DNA of 64,000 nucleotides from Camelus ferus. Its lineage: Eukaryota. The notes under the pieces were generated by a model that was given only the letters and a program-made list of their open reading frames with translations, ran no database searches and was not told the origin of the DNA. Position 1 is the first letter of the stretch. Each line of letters begins with the position of its first letter. The DNA is taken from positions 111,664,001 to 111,728,000 of the forward strand of contig NC_045696.1 of the NCBI RefSeq assembly GCF_009834535.1, in the 5' to 3' direction. Below are positions 25,675 to 37,815 of the stretch, piece after piece. Both the position numbers and the translations under genes were made by a program.

Positions 25675-25829
25675 ACTATTAAGATATAAAAGATACTATT
25701 TCAGAATAGTCCCATTCATACTTTACATACTAATTTTCACATGATAGAAAGTTAATATAAAAGTTGTCATGTTGTCTCCATACCAGGTTTCAGTTTGATT
25801 TGGTTTTGGTTTTGGTCTTAGCCTTTCAA

Positions 25830-26330
25830 TATCAGCTAGAGTTCTTGAATATGAACAACAGAAACTGACTCTGGTTAATCAAGGAATAATTTACTGGAAG
25901 GACATGAACAAATGACAGAATCAACAAAAACTTGGAAGACCAGGGTTGTGAAATGGAAAGGAAACAAGGTAGCTGCAGAAGTTAACCGACCAAGCAGCCA
26001 CTGCCCCTGTAAGACAGTGCAAGTGCCCACCCCTACATGTCGCTGCCCCCTCCACTGGGCACTGTCACTACTGGGACTGAATACTGAATTACTGAATTCA
26101 ATCATTGGTGCCATTATCTTCGTGCCATTCAACATCACAGGGAAACATTAGATTATCCAAACTTGAGTCACATTCCCGCTCTTAAGCCTCCACCCCAGGT
26201 AGAGAGAATTGTGGAACCTTCTGGCTTCTATCTTGTGAGATAACACCCTTCATTCAACGAGATCTACAGCCTGGTGGATTCCCACAAAATGAGAAGACTG
26301 TTCAGAATGTTGTAGCTAAAAAATAGAAAA
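25830..26330 (-). mobile_element. Old MLT1 (N/K-like) LTR
   Basis: AACAACAGAAACTGACTCTGGTTAAT...AATTTACTGGAAGGA. Confidence 0.6.
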
Positions 26331-26673
26331 GAACTCTGAAGCCAGAAGCACCAGGTCTACTTAAACAATCTATTCTCAATTTGTATGCATCCTCTTTTCT
26401 ATTTGTAAAAATTCCAAGGAAAGCATGGAGATTCCAAAAAGATTACAATTGGGTGACTGTGAGCCAGAGTGTCTGGCTCTCATGTCTGTCCCTTTAGACC
26501 TACCATAAATGTGGACTGTGGTGAGGCCAGAAAATCCACTCAAGGGTGTGGACAGAGTATGGGGCAGCAGTCCTAAAGGAGCTAATCTATGGTCAAACAA
26601 AACTGCTTATCTCACAAGGAATTCAGGAGGTATTCAGGTTAGCTCTGGGTATACAAGTTGGCCTCCAAAAGAA

Positions 26674-29100
26674 GTCATTTGTTTAATACATATTTATTGA
26701 ATACCTACAGTAAGCCAGGCACTGTTCTAGATTCTAGAAATATAGGAGGTGGAAGGAAAATGATAAGATCCCTGCTCCATCAAAATTTACATTCTAATAG
26801 AAGAAGTCAGGCAATAACAAACAAGCAAATAAATGTGCCAGATGATGCTAAGGGTCATAAAAAAAAAAAAAAGCAAAGCAGGAGAAGGTGACAGGGAAGG
26901 AGGGAAGGAAAAGAAGATGCTATTTCACGTGGGCTGGTAGGACGAGGTCTCCGAGAAGGTGGCATTAGGGCAGACACCTGGGTAAAGTGAGTCACGTCCT
27001 TTGTGTAACTGAAGGAAGAACAATCCACACAGCAGATATGCCAAGTGCGTAGGCCCCGAGGTGGAAATGTACTTGGCATATTTAGCAGATGGCAAGTAGG
27101 TCTGTGTGTCTGAAGAATAATGAAGTAAAGGGAGGTAGATAGTAAGAGGTGAGGTTAGAGGGGTGCTGTGGCCAGGTCATGTAGGACTGTCTATGTTGTG
27201 TTAAAAGGCTAAGAAGTTTGAGTTTTATTCTAAAATAGGAATCTAAAGAAACTTCAGTAGAGGAATGATGGACTAGAACTTACAGTTTTAAAGGGTTACT
27301 CTGGCTGCAGTGATGAGAAGAAAGTTCTAGGGAAAAGACACGAACATTGTGTCCAGCTATGCTAGTCCAGGTAAGAAACAGTCTCTCAGCGGCAGAAGTA
27401 GTGAGAAGTGGCCAGGCTATGGAGAGTTTTGAAAGCAGAGCCATCAGGATTTTCTGACAGGATGTGGAACATGAAACAAAGAGAAGACAATGATGACTTC
27501 AAGGTTTCTGGCCTAAGCCACAGTAATGGTAGAGATGCCACCAGCTGAGATGGGGCAGACTGAAAGATGAGACAATTCAGTATAGAGTTTTTGTTTGGGA
27601 CGTGTTAAATTTGAGATGTCTATTAGACATCTTCTCCCAGGGGAGATTTTGAGGTCATAAAGGTGAAAAGGATCAGCAAAGAGAATGGGGACTGAGGAGC
27701 CAGAGAGGGGGGCAGAGAGCCAGGAGGCTGCGGCATACTGAATGCCAAGAGATGCAAGTTTCAAGGGGGAGAAAGCGGTGGACGATGTCAAGTAAGACGA
27801 GGACCACTGGGCTTGACAGCATGGAGGCTATTGGTGACCTTGACCGCAGTTGCAGAGGACAGAATCCTGAATGGACTGGATTCTAGTAAGATTGAGAGGC
27901 AAGGAGCAAAGAGGGCAATAGAGAAGTGTTTGAGGAGGTAGCTCTCAAGGAGAGCAGGGAAATGGAGCGACAGCTAAAGGACTAAGTGGGGTTGAAATCA
28001 GACGACTTGGTTCATTTACTGGTGGAAGCATGTGGATATTCTCTTCCAGTTGCTTCAAGTTTCTCAGAAAACTAAGCAAGGGCTTATGGGAGGCGGGGCA
28101 ATGGGGAAGTTGGTGTTGAAATCTGATGAGACAAGAAAAGGTATGTGGCAAAAATAATGTGTCTAATGTCCATTCTTTCCCTCTTCTTTAGTAAGAGACT
28201 CCTATTTTTAGCCAGGCCAGTTGTTACTCAAAAGAAAGACTGTATTTTCCAGACCCCCTTACAGCTAAGTGTGACCAGTTGACTCAATTTTGAGACTTGA
28301 GAGTATAAAGAATTGTTGTACGAGACTACCGGGAGAACGCCTTAAAGGAGAGTGCCTCAGCTTAGAGGAGACTCATCTGTTTCTCGCCTTCCTCCTTTCT
28401 GCTTCTTGGAATTCAGATGTGATGACTGACATTCCAGCAGCCATCACAGTCACCTTAAGAGTGGAAGTCAAGTACAAAGCACAGCAGGAAGGAAGTTTCT
28501 TGAGTCCCTAATGACTTCACGTGGCCGCCAAAGGAGCCATGAACTACCTTCTAGTGCTTTATGTAAGAAGTCTATCAGGAGGTTTCTGTTACGTGCAGCT
28601 GAATCTAATCCCAACCATACATGCTGTGAAATAGTCACATGGGAGTGTAAGAGTGTTCCAAGGGGCAATGCCGCCAGTGTGCCAAGACAGCCAGGGCTGT
28701 GGTTCTATATTTAGAGTGATCTTAGTCACCTTGGTTATGTTTTTCTCAGTGGCTTAAGTACAGAGAGAAAGGGGATTTACCAGAGTTGAGTTTTGCCAAC
28801 ACACAACTGGAGAAAGGGATAAAAGTGTTAAGAATGAATGCAGCAGCATGATTATCATGATGCAAAGTGGAACCTAAATGAAGAAACAAGGAAAGTGGAG
28901 ACATAAAAGAGCTGAGGGACAGTAAAAATATGTCAGCATTCTTGAATTGGAGGTCCTGATGGGGCTGAAGGATTGATCCAAGTATGAGATGCTTGAACTT
29001 GACATTGTGAAGGGTTGCAGTTCAGATGATACCAACTTCGTAGGTATGCCCATGAAATCAGGTAGCTGAGATGGGCTGGAGGCAGGATCACAGTGGTTGA
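26674..29100 (-). mobile_element. Long L2a fragment, interrupted by an LTR33-like element
   Basis: ATATTTATTGAATACCTAC...GCCAGGCACTGTTCTAG at the 3' end. Internal GGACGTGTTAAATTTGAGATGTCTATTAGACATC and TTGGTGACCTTGAC. Confidence 0.85.
28144..28621 (+). mobile_element. LTR33-like ERVL solo LTR inserted in L2
   Basis: GTCCATTCTTTCCCTCTTCTTTAGTAA...AAAGACTGTATTTTCCAGACCCCCTTACAGCTA...GCAGCTGAATCTAATCCCAACCATACA. Confidence 0.8.
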
Positions 29101-29279
29101 GGAGAATCCCCTGAACTGGACCTGGGTCTAGAGCAGGTTGCCTTTACAGACTGACATCTAACTGAGCCACAAGAAAATTTTGCTGGGTTTTCTAAATTTA
29201 TTTTTTAAAAATAGTTGGTTTGATACTTCATTATTATCACAGTCTAATCATAATCATCACCTTGGTGCTTCCTGTGCCG

Positions 29280-29450
29280 ATCTCTTGGGCAGAAGTGATT
29301 GCCAAGTCATTCTGATAAGTTACTATTACAAAGTCCACTGTGCAAATGGTGAGGGCAGATATTAACAACCCCGTTTTGTAAATTAACAACCTGAGGTAGA
29401 AGATGAATGACTAACTTGGCCAAGATCACATACGTACAGAGCAGGTAACT
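29280..29450 (-). mobile_element. MIR fragment
   Basis: ACCCCGTTTTGTAAAT...CTGAGG...AACTTGGCCAAGATCACA. Confidence 0.55.
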
Positions 29451-29717
29451 TCAGTGGCTTTCTAAGAGGATAGGTCTGGCTCTCACTGGATAAATGCCAC
29501 CATCAGAGTAGCATAAAATAGGAGCCCTCTTTCCCTACTAACTTTGTCACACAGAGTGAAATCCCACCCTCCATCCCAATGGGAATTACACAACCCTGAA
29601 ACAGAAAAAAATGAAGTTTCTCTGCTCCTAGCTTGGGGCAGACTCCTGAATCCTTTCAAGCACCTAGGAAAACCTAGATGGACGTCTCCAAACTTGAATC
29701 TAGACAGGAATCTGACC

Positions 29718-29868
29718 GGGGAGAGTGTAGCTCAGTGGTAGAGTACCTCCTTAGCGTGCACGAGGTCCTGGGTTTGATTCCCAGTACCGCTGTTAAATAA
29801 ATAAATACATACATACCTAATTGCCTCCCTCCCCCAAAAAAATTTTAAAAATTAAAAAACATAAAAAT
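29718..29868 (+). mobile_element. tRNA-Ala-derived SINE (camelid Vic-1-like), long form
   Basis: GGGGAGAGTGTAGCTCAGTGGTAGAG...GGTTTGATTCCCAGTACC, then (TAAA)n, CCTAATTGCCTCCC and an A tail. TSD TAGACAG(G/T)AATCTGAC at 29701-29716 and 29869-29884. Confidence 0.92.
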
Positions 29869-30030
29869 TAGACAGTAATCTGACACTTGGAGTTCATATA
29901 GTACACTGGGTTATTTATGCCAAATGTACTTTTTTGGACCCCCAACACAGCAAACATAAAAGTGACCTTGCTTTGGTTACGGAAAGAGTGGGAGCCTGGG
30001 GCCCTACTACCTTGGTTTTCCACTCATCTA

Positions 30031-30472
30031 TGTGTAAGGGGGGAGAAGGTGTTCCTAAGGGTCCCTGGTTTAAACATCAAACTGACAAATTAACAGAAAA
30101 AAAAGCATACAAATTTATTTAATACAAGCTTTACTTGACACAGGAACCTTCATAAGGAAATAAAGACCTAATTAAACCAGAGTATGTTTCTGTTGTGTTT
30201 GATGAAGAGTGAACGGTCGTGAAGAAATACGACAGGTCAGGGAGTGTGAGGTAAGTAAACTGGGGGGAGATAAGGATGGTCCTTTCTTCCAGGTATACAG
30301 AGGGCACTTTGCACATCAGGGTTTTATGACCTGTTTCCAGGGGAAAAGGTGTGGGGGAGGGACAAAGTCAGGGCTAATTTCCCGCTTCTGCCATTTTCTC
30401 ACAATTCTTCAGCTTGAACTGTTCAATATGCTGAGGTGTCATGTTCTCAGGTAGCATTTCCTGAACCTCATC
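30031..30472 (-). mobile_element. ERV1-class solo LTR (MER67/MER34-like)
   Basis: TTTATT (antisense polyA signal) near the left end. Right end CTTCAGCTTGAA...TTCAATATGC...GGTAGCATTTCCTGAACCTCATCA. Confidence 0.7.
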
Positions 30473-31019
30473 ACATGGTTGGTAGCCACTGAGGATCCGA
30501 GAGACCATAGTTTGAAAATAAAGGTCAAGTTCAGACCCCCTGCCTGACCCAAGTCTATACATCCCATTTACGGCACAGCTAAGACCTAAACTAAAATGGC
30601 TTTTAAAATACCTATGTATTAATAATACCTATGTGTCTATTATGGCAAATATTCATTTATTTGCTTATTTTTGTATTTAATGATGTGTTTAAGAGACAAG
30701 GAAGTGGAAGAAGGACAGAAAGGTGCAAATCCTCACTTGGCCTGGTCTTTATGGCTGTTACCGTCCACCTTGTTAAAATCTGCAAAATCTCAGAAAAACA
30801 GAATGTGTTTTAAGAGAAATTTAAACTGTAATGATTAGAGATTAATTCTGAAGAAAGTTAAGAGTAATTAAAAGACACTAGTAAAATTATGCTGCAGTCT
30901 CTCTGAAAATTGTCCTACTCCCATAGTTTTTCATGTAAATGCATTCACTGTTAGAGGTAATCTAGTTAACTGATCCAAGTTTAACCATCAAAAACAAGGC
31001 CCCAGGTCCCTGAAGAGGA

Positions 31020-31140
31020 GAGGTCTTAAACTTTAGAATACATAAGAATCACGGTGGAATGCAGATTCCTGGGTCATACCACCTTGAGAGTTTGACCCAT
31101 AAGTTTAGATACAGCCCCAAAATCTACATTCTTAGTGAGA
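31020..31140. mobile_element. MER5-like fragment
   Basis: CATAAGAATCAC...AATGCAGATTCCTGGG. Confidence 0.55.
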
Positions 31141-32329
31141 AGCTTTGGTAAACAAGATGGTTTCAATGTTCTTCAAATGCCTCAATTGTGAATATTATGT
31201 AAAAGCATATTATCTCTAGAGGTAGAAATAAATGAGTTTCTTGGTCTAGGTAGCCACCTCTATATTATATAAACAGAAATAGAAGGATCTATCTTACCAG
31301 AGGTATTTAGTTTTAAATGGTTTTGTAACTAACAGCATTAAATGTCCCCCAGTATGCCAGGCATGGCGCTGGAGGATTTCATATTTATGGTCTCATAAAA
31401 GTCAGAGTCGGTGGATTTGATTCACTGAAGCCTTCATAGGACTAAGAGTATTTTCCCGTCATTTGTATCAGCAATATTTTGGATGTCAACTCAATTTTTA
31501 AACAGGCACACATGCTTTTGAGATTCAAGAAAAAAAATTAATGGCTGATGTCATTTCTACTTCTCAAGCACTTTTCTTTTTAAATTCAAACCAAGGTAAA
31601 TGCAAAGTTCTCTAGTTCTTTTTGCCAATGGGTTGCTATATATAATTCAGCAAGACCTTATACTCAGCTATGAGGCAGGGTAAGGCCAACTATGTTGAAT
31701 TATAAATATTTAATATGAAATTAAATATTCAATACGGAATTAAAACATTTCTGAGAAAAGTTCTATCTAGATGCGATACATTTTAACTCCACCATCTAAC
31801 CAGTTGGTTTAGCTAGCAAAATGTAAGATGATTTATCTAGGTTACAAATTAGCTAAATTTTTGAGGAATTTGAGATTTAAAAGAATCTTATACCTATTAA
31901 ATCATGGAGGAAGCTGGGTAGAGTGTGATAATTACTAAGTAACAGTTCTATTTCCTTTGTCATTTAACTGGTTATAAGAAAAAAAACACTATAATTGCTT
32001 TTTGTGTGTTGTATGACAAAAAAAAAAAAAAAATTTCATTCCCAAATCATATGCTTGGCTCTAGGCTAGAGTTAATCGGCAGTGAAAGCAGGGATATTGT
32101 TTGCTGGAAATTAACTCTCATTTAGATGTTTCTCTGAATATTCCATGACTTTGGGGACTAAAGGGAGGAACTTCCAAACAGGCCTTCAGAATCACTGAGA
32201 GTCAAGGGGATCATTTAACAGAGCCCACCTGCTTTAATAGCCAAGTGAGAGAGAGAATTTCACTGACTTTGGTGCCATGGAGTCCCACAGACTAATTAGC
32301 AAGATGTTGAAATATTTACTAAATATAAA

Positions 32330-32597
32330 CAGAAAGAAGAAAGAAAGAGAGAAAGAGAGAAAGAAAAGAAAGAAAGAGAGAAAGAGAGAAAGAAAGAGAG
32401 AAAGAAAGAGAGAAAGAAAGAAAGAGAGAAAGAAGAGAGAAAGAGAGAGAAAGAAAGAGAGAAAGAAAGAGAGAAAGAAAGAAGGAAGGAAGGAAGGAAG
32501 GAAGGAAGGAAGGAAGGAAGGAAGGAAGGAAGGAAGGAAGGAGAAGAGAAGAGAAGAAAAGGAAGACAGGAATGAAGACAGGAAGGAAGGAAGAAAA
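32330..32597. repeat. Compound polypurine microsatellite (GAAA/GAGAAAGAAA)n then (GGAA)n
   Basis: About 270 bp, almost entirely A/G, read directly. Confidence 0.98.
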
Positions 32598-32948
32598 TCA
32601 ATCTAGAATTTCTGAGGAATCTACTAGATTGTCTTCAGGTTGTTACCTTTTTGCTCCAGTTCCCATCATAATTGATAAGCATTTAAGCTACAGATGATGT
32701 GAGCTGAAATACTATAACCAGTATGCCCCTCTTCCTCACTTGTAAACTATGAATTTCTTTATTCCACTTGATTAAAACTGCCCTAAGCCAATTTGTGCAT
32801 TCAATAATTGTTCAATACTTTGTTGATAAATATCAATAGCTTCCATTTATTAAAGGCAGGTGAGGGCTTTTTGTTTCCTCTTCCCCAGCCTTTCTGTCAG
32901 ATAATATGTTACAAGGAAAGTAATTCTCAGACTAAATCCTGCCGTTCA

Positions 32949-35669
32949 GATTAAATAATAAAACAAGAGCCTACAATATGCTGCCTATAAGAGACTCACT
33001 TTAGGGTGAAGGACACACATAGATTGAAAGTGAGGGGATAGAAAAAGATGTTTTATGCAAATAGAAATGACAAGAAAGGGGAGTTAGCAATACTCACATT
33101 AAACAAAACAGATATTAAAACAAAGGCCACAAAGAAAAATAAAGGCCACTCTTCAATGATAAAAGGATCAATACAAGAAGAGGATGTTACACTCGCTAAC
33201 ATATATGCACACAATATAGGAGCACCTAAATACATAAAACAAGTACGAATAGACATAAAGGGAGAAACTGATGGAAATACAATAACAGTAGGAGATTTTA
33301 ACACTCCACTGCCATCAATGGACGGATCTTCCAGAACAAAAATCAGTAAGGCAACAGACATCCTAAATGACACAATAGAACAGGTAAAATTGGAGGTGAA
33401 ATTGTCATTATATGCAAATGACATGCTACTCTATATAGAAAATCCTAAAGACTCCACACAAAAACTATTACAGCTGATATAAGAATCCAGCAACGTAGCA
33501 GGATACAAGATTAACACACAAAAATCTGTGGCATCTCTTTACACTAACAATAAAATATCAAAAAGAAAAAGTTAAAAAAAAACTCTTAAGATCATGTCAA
33601 AATATATATATATATATATTTAGGAATAAACCTGACCAAGGAGGTGAAGGACACATATACTGAGAACTACAAACACTGACAAAGGAACTGAAGATGATGC
33701 AAAGAAATGGAAATATATCTCAAGCTCTCAGATTGGAAGAATTAATAGTATTAAAATAGCCATACTACCCAAAGCAAACGACAGATTTAATGCAATTGGT
33801 ATCAAATTACACATGACATTTTTCACAGAACTAGAACAAATAATCCTAAAATTTATATGGAACTACGAAAGACCTAAAATTGCCAAAGCAATCCTGAGGA
33901 GGAATAACAAAGCTAGAAGCATAACCCTCCCAGACTTCAGACAATACACAAAGCTACAGTAATCAAAACAGCATGGTATTGACACAAAAACAGCCATATG
34001 GCTCATTGGAACAGAATAGAGAGCCCAGAAATGAACCCACACACCTATGGTCAATTAATCTTCAACAAAGAAGGTAAGAACATACAATGCAGAAAAGACA
34101 GTCTCTTCAGCAAGTGATGTTGGGAAAGTTGAACAGCCACATGTAAATCAGTGAAGTTAGAACACTCACAGCATATACAAAAATAAACTCAAAGTGGTTT
34201 AAATATAAGACAGACACCATAAAACTCCTAGAAGAGAACATAGGCAAAACATTCTCTGACATAGATCGTAGCAATATTTTCTTAGGTCAGTCTCCCAAGG
34301 CAATAGAAATATAAGCAAAAATAAACAAACAGGAACTAATCAAACTTAAAGATTTTACACAGCAAAAGAAACGAAACATATACATAACATAACAAAAGAA
34401 CAAAACAAAACAAAAAGACAGCCTACGGACTGGGAGAAAACATTTGCAAAGGATAAGACTGACAAGGATTTAATTTCCAGAATATACAAACACCTTATGC
34501 AACTCAATAACAACAATAAAAAATGAACAACCCAATTATAAAATGGGCAGAAGACCTAAATAGACATTTGTCTAAAGAAGATACACAGATGGCCAATAGG
34601 CACATGAAAAGATGCTGAATATTACAAATGAGCAGAGAAATGCAAATCAAAACTGCAATGAGGTATCACCTTATGCAGGTCAGATAGGCCATCATTAAAA
34701 GTCCACCGACAATAAATGCTGGACAGGGTATGGAGAAAAGAGAACCCTCCTACACTGTTGGTAAGAATGTAAATTGGTGGAGTTACTATGGAGAACAGTA
34801 AGGAGGTTCCTTAAAAAACTAAAAATAAAGTTATCATATGATCCAGCAACCCCACTCCTGGACATATATCCGGAGAAAACTCTAATTCAAAAAGATACAT
34901 GCAACCCAATGTTCACAGCAGCACTATTTACAATAACCAAGACGTGGAAGCAACCTAAGTGTCTGTTTATGATGCATGTGTGTATAAGAGAAAAACTAGC
35001 AGTCAAGGTCTCAGTGTAACTCCTCACACCACCCTCAGGCACACAACGTGCCAGTGTGAAAACGCTTGAAAGAAAAAGTTACGGAACTCACTTTTGTCTC
35101 ACCCTTAACTCCACCAAAATAAGTTCTTTCAAAAGTAAAAGGTTTTTAATAATAAAAAAGATAGATGATTGGATAAATAAGAAGTAGTGTAATATATATT
35201 ATATATATACACATACAATGAAATACTACTCAGCCATAGAAAGGAGTGAAATAATTCCATTTTCAGCAACATGTTTGGACCTAGGGATTATCACACTAAG
35301 TGAAGTAAATCAGACAGAGGATGACAAATATCAAATGATATTACTTACAGGAATCTGAAAAAATGTCACAAATGAACTTATTTATAAAACTGAAGCAAAC
35401 TCACAGACATAGAAAGCAAATTCATGGTTTCCAAAGGGGAAAGAGGGTGGGGAAGGGATATATTAGGAGTTTAGGATGAACAGAGACAGATTAGTATATA
35501 CATATAATAGATAACCAACGAGGACCTACTGTACAGCACAGGGAACTGTATTCAATATCTTGTAATAACCTATAATGGAAAAGAATATGAAAAGGAATAT
35601 ATATATATATTACTGAATCACTGTGCTGTACACCTGAAACTAACATTGTAAGTCAATTATACTTCAATT
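32949..35669 (+). mobile_element. Composite LINE-1: EN fragment fused to RT-to-3'UTR, with an internal deletion and a foreign insert
   Basis: ORF 33048..33482 has EN motifs (NIYAHNIGAP, TVGDFNTPL) joined to RT (EVKLSLYANDM). ORF2 C-terminus and 3'UTR follow. Degenerate TSD at 32933-32948 and 35944-35959. Confidence 0.92.
34968..35159. other. Unidentified 192-bp non-L1 insert within L1 ORF2 C-terminus
   Basis: Interrupts AAGTGTCTGTT|GATAGATGATTGG, which is contiguous in the other L1 copies in this window. Confidence 0.8.
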
Positions 35670-35681
35670 AAAAATAAATTT

Positions 35682-35938
35682 AACAGATTGGGATTTCAAA
35701 ATGTAGAACAGATAAACAAGATTATACTGTACGGCACAGGGAAATATACACAAGATCTTATGGTAGCTCACAGAGAAAAAAAGTGTGACAATAAATATAT
35801 ATATGTTCATGTATAACAGAAAAATTGTGCTCTTCACTGGAATTTGACACAACATTGTAAAATGATTATAACTCAGCAAAAAATGTTTAAAAATAATACA
35901 GTACTTTCAGAGATGAAAAATTTTTTTAAAAGTAAAAT
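35682..35938 (+). mobile_element. Second, younger L1 3' end inserted in the tail of the composite L1
   Basis: Matches the reverse complement of about 42250-42475. 12-bp TSD AAAAATAAATTT at 35670-35681 and 35939-35950. Confidence 0.88.
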
Positions 35939-36007
35939 AAAAATAAATTTTGCCATTCACACAAACATTTGTTAACAAATACGAACAACAAACCAAGGTA
36001 TCAGCCT

Positions 36008-36292
36008 ATGGCAGTCATGTGCTGTTACCCAAACATTTCTAACTATCTGCCCTCTGTGCACAGGTGACATTGTACTTGCCAATATGAGACTCTCCAGAGG
36101 GAGCTCCCTTTTTCCTTCTTCCAGGATAGTCAACAAGTTTCCAGCGAGGGGCTGCTCTGTCAGTCAGGATGACAATGCAGCGCGGTCTCTCAGTGGGCGT
36201 ATAGGAGGAATAAAAGAAGCAAACCTTTGTTGTTCGAAGCTAGTGAGATTCCAGCTGGTGTTGGTGCAGCATAACCTAGCTATCCTGATACA
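36008..36292 (+). mobile_element. MLT1 (I/J-like) LTR, internally deleted
   Basis: AAACCTTTGTTGTTCGAAGC...GAGATT...GCAGCATAACCTAGCTATCCTGA. Confidence 0.75.
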
Positions 36293-36745
36293 CAGTTGTG
36301 ATTGTGAGCTCAGGGAAGTTCCCCTTTTGCGGTCCTTTTTTCATTTCAACAAGTATTTTGAATGAAAGTTTCACTCGGAAGTAAATGCAGTAATATTATT
36401 ACACTAGGATCAACTAATCTTCTAAACTTATAGAGGATGGAGCGCTTCGTATTCACAGTGAGGGAGGGTAGGAAAGGGGATGGGCTCAATGCTGTGTGGA
36501 GGAACCTGTTCTGGAGTTAAGTGATGGGGCCTCACCAAACCTGGACCCACTCGAGCAATGACAAGCTGCCTGTACAATCATTTTTGCCAACCACATATCT
36601 TTAAAAACATTTATTTCGTTAATGAACAATTATTTCTAACATCCCTTATGCTAAACAGTGAACCCTGTTGTTCGGACTCAAATAGCCATTGCTTATTCTG
36701 AAGTCTGGATTTCCAATTAGGGTATCTTCAAATATTAATGAATCT

Positions 36746-36837
36746 GAGGGGGAGGGCATAGCTCAGTGGTAGAGCACATGCTTAGCATGCATGAGGTCCT
36801 GGGTTCAACTCCCAGTACCCCCATTTTAAAAATATGT
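36746..36837 (+). mobile_element. tRNA-Ala(AGC)-derived SINE or tRNA retrocopy, short form
   Basis: tRNA-Ala-like body with A and B boxes and a short tail. TSD ATATTAAT(G/T)AATCT at 36732-36745 and 36838-36851. Confidence 0.9.
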
Positions 36838-37539
36838 ATATTAATTAATCTCAAATATTAATTTAACCTTAGAGTATAAATTAGTCTACATGTACATATA
36901 GATCAAAACCTGTAGTGAAATATTATAGTTAAAGTTAATTACAGGCAATATAATATCAGTAAAATAGCTAAAGCCCTCATCTCATCTATTGATGAAAATA
37001 ATGGCCTCTCTCTTCTCTCAGGCACATTTCCCATCAAGATCCTCAAAACTCTGTAGAAGTCTTACTCATAACTAAAGGATTAATTCACATGTTCCACCAC
37101 CTTTGGGGAGGTACTGGAATTCCAGCTGTGCTATCTTGATACTGGAGGAACCTGCCATAAGAAGCAAGTGGCTTTAGAAATATCTGCAAATCTCTCAAAC
37201 TGTAAACCACGTTGTTGAACGTGACAGCTGGAACACACAGAGAAAGCCTCCACCTTGTGCTCCAGTAACTGCCACTGTCACTGCCACCGCCACTGCCGAG
37301 ATCCCTGCCAGGTCCCAGGGGATCTTCGAGGTGGCAGGGAAGAACACTCTGTCCTCAACCCCCTCCCGCCCCACCCTCGTCAGTACTGCAAGTGTCGTGC
37401 TCACTCCTTGCCAAAACTGGCCTGGGCTTCTGGATTCACGCCTTTGATCTACACACTCCATTTTTCAAAGTCCCAGCAAATATTTTAAAACAAATAGTTA
37501 CTGCTTAAAAGACACTATTTTCAGAAGTATGGGCATGAC

Positions 37540-37815
37540 ACCGGGAAATCTAAGGGGTGGCACAACACTCTAGAGCCAGCAGCCGCGGGGAGCTGCTACC
37601 AGCCCTATGCCTGAAGGGCAGGTGCAGGGAGAGGATGTCGGGGACCAGACGCAGGACACTGCAGGAGATGCACACCCAGGTTTACTCCTCAGTATCCTCT
37701 TGTGTCCCACTGGCAAACCCAACTGGAAACAAGAGGGGAAGGGAGCCTATGATGTAATCCCGGAGTAGAGAAGGACACCAAGTGCCTCCAGAGAAACAAG
37801 CAGAAAACACCCAGA
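37540..37815 (-). mobile_element. Old ERVL-class LTR fragment
   Basis: TCCCACTGGCAAACCCAACTGGAAAC...GGGAAGGGAGCC...GATGTAATCC motif. Confidence 0.5.

Noticed and set aside
32277..32606. 109-aa K/R/E-rich ORF and the antisense F/L/S-rich ORF
   Set aside because: These are translations of a purine microsatellite that lacks stop codons.
33375..33395. L1 internal deletion as a splicing product
   Set aside because: The comparable intact copy near 44657 reads CAG-TTGGAC, which is a poor donor. The junction duplication fits slippage or repair better. Splicing is not fully excluded.
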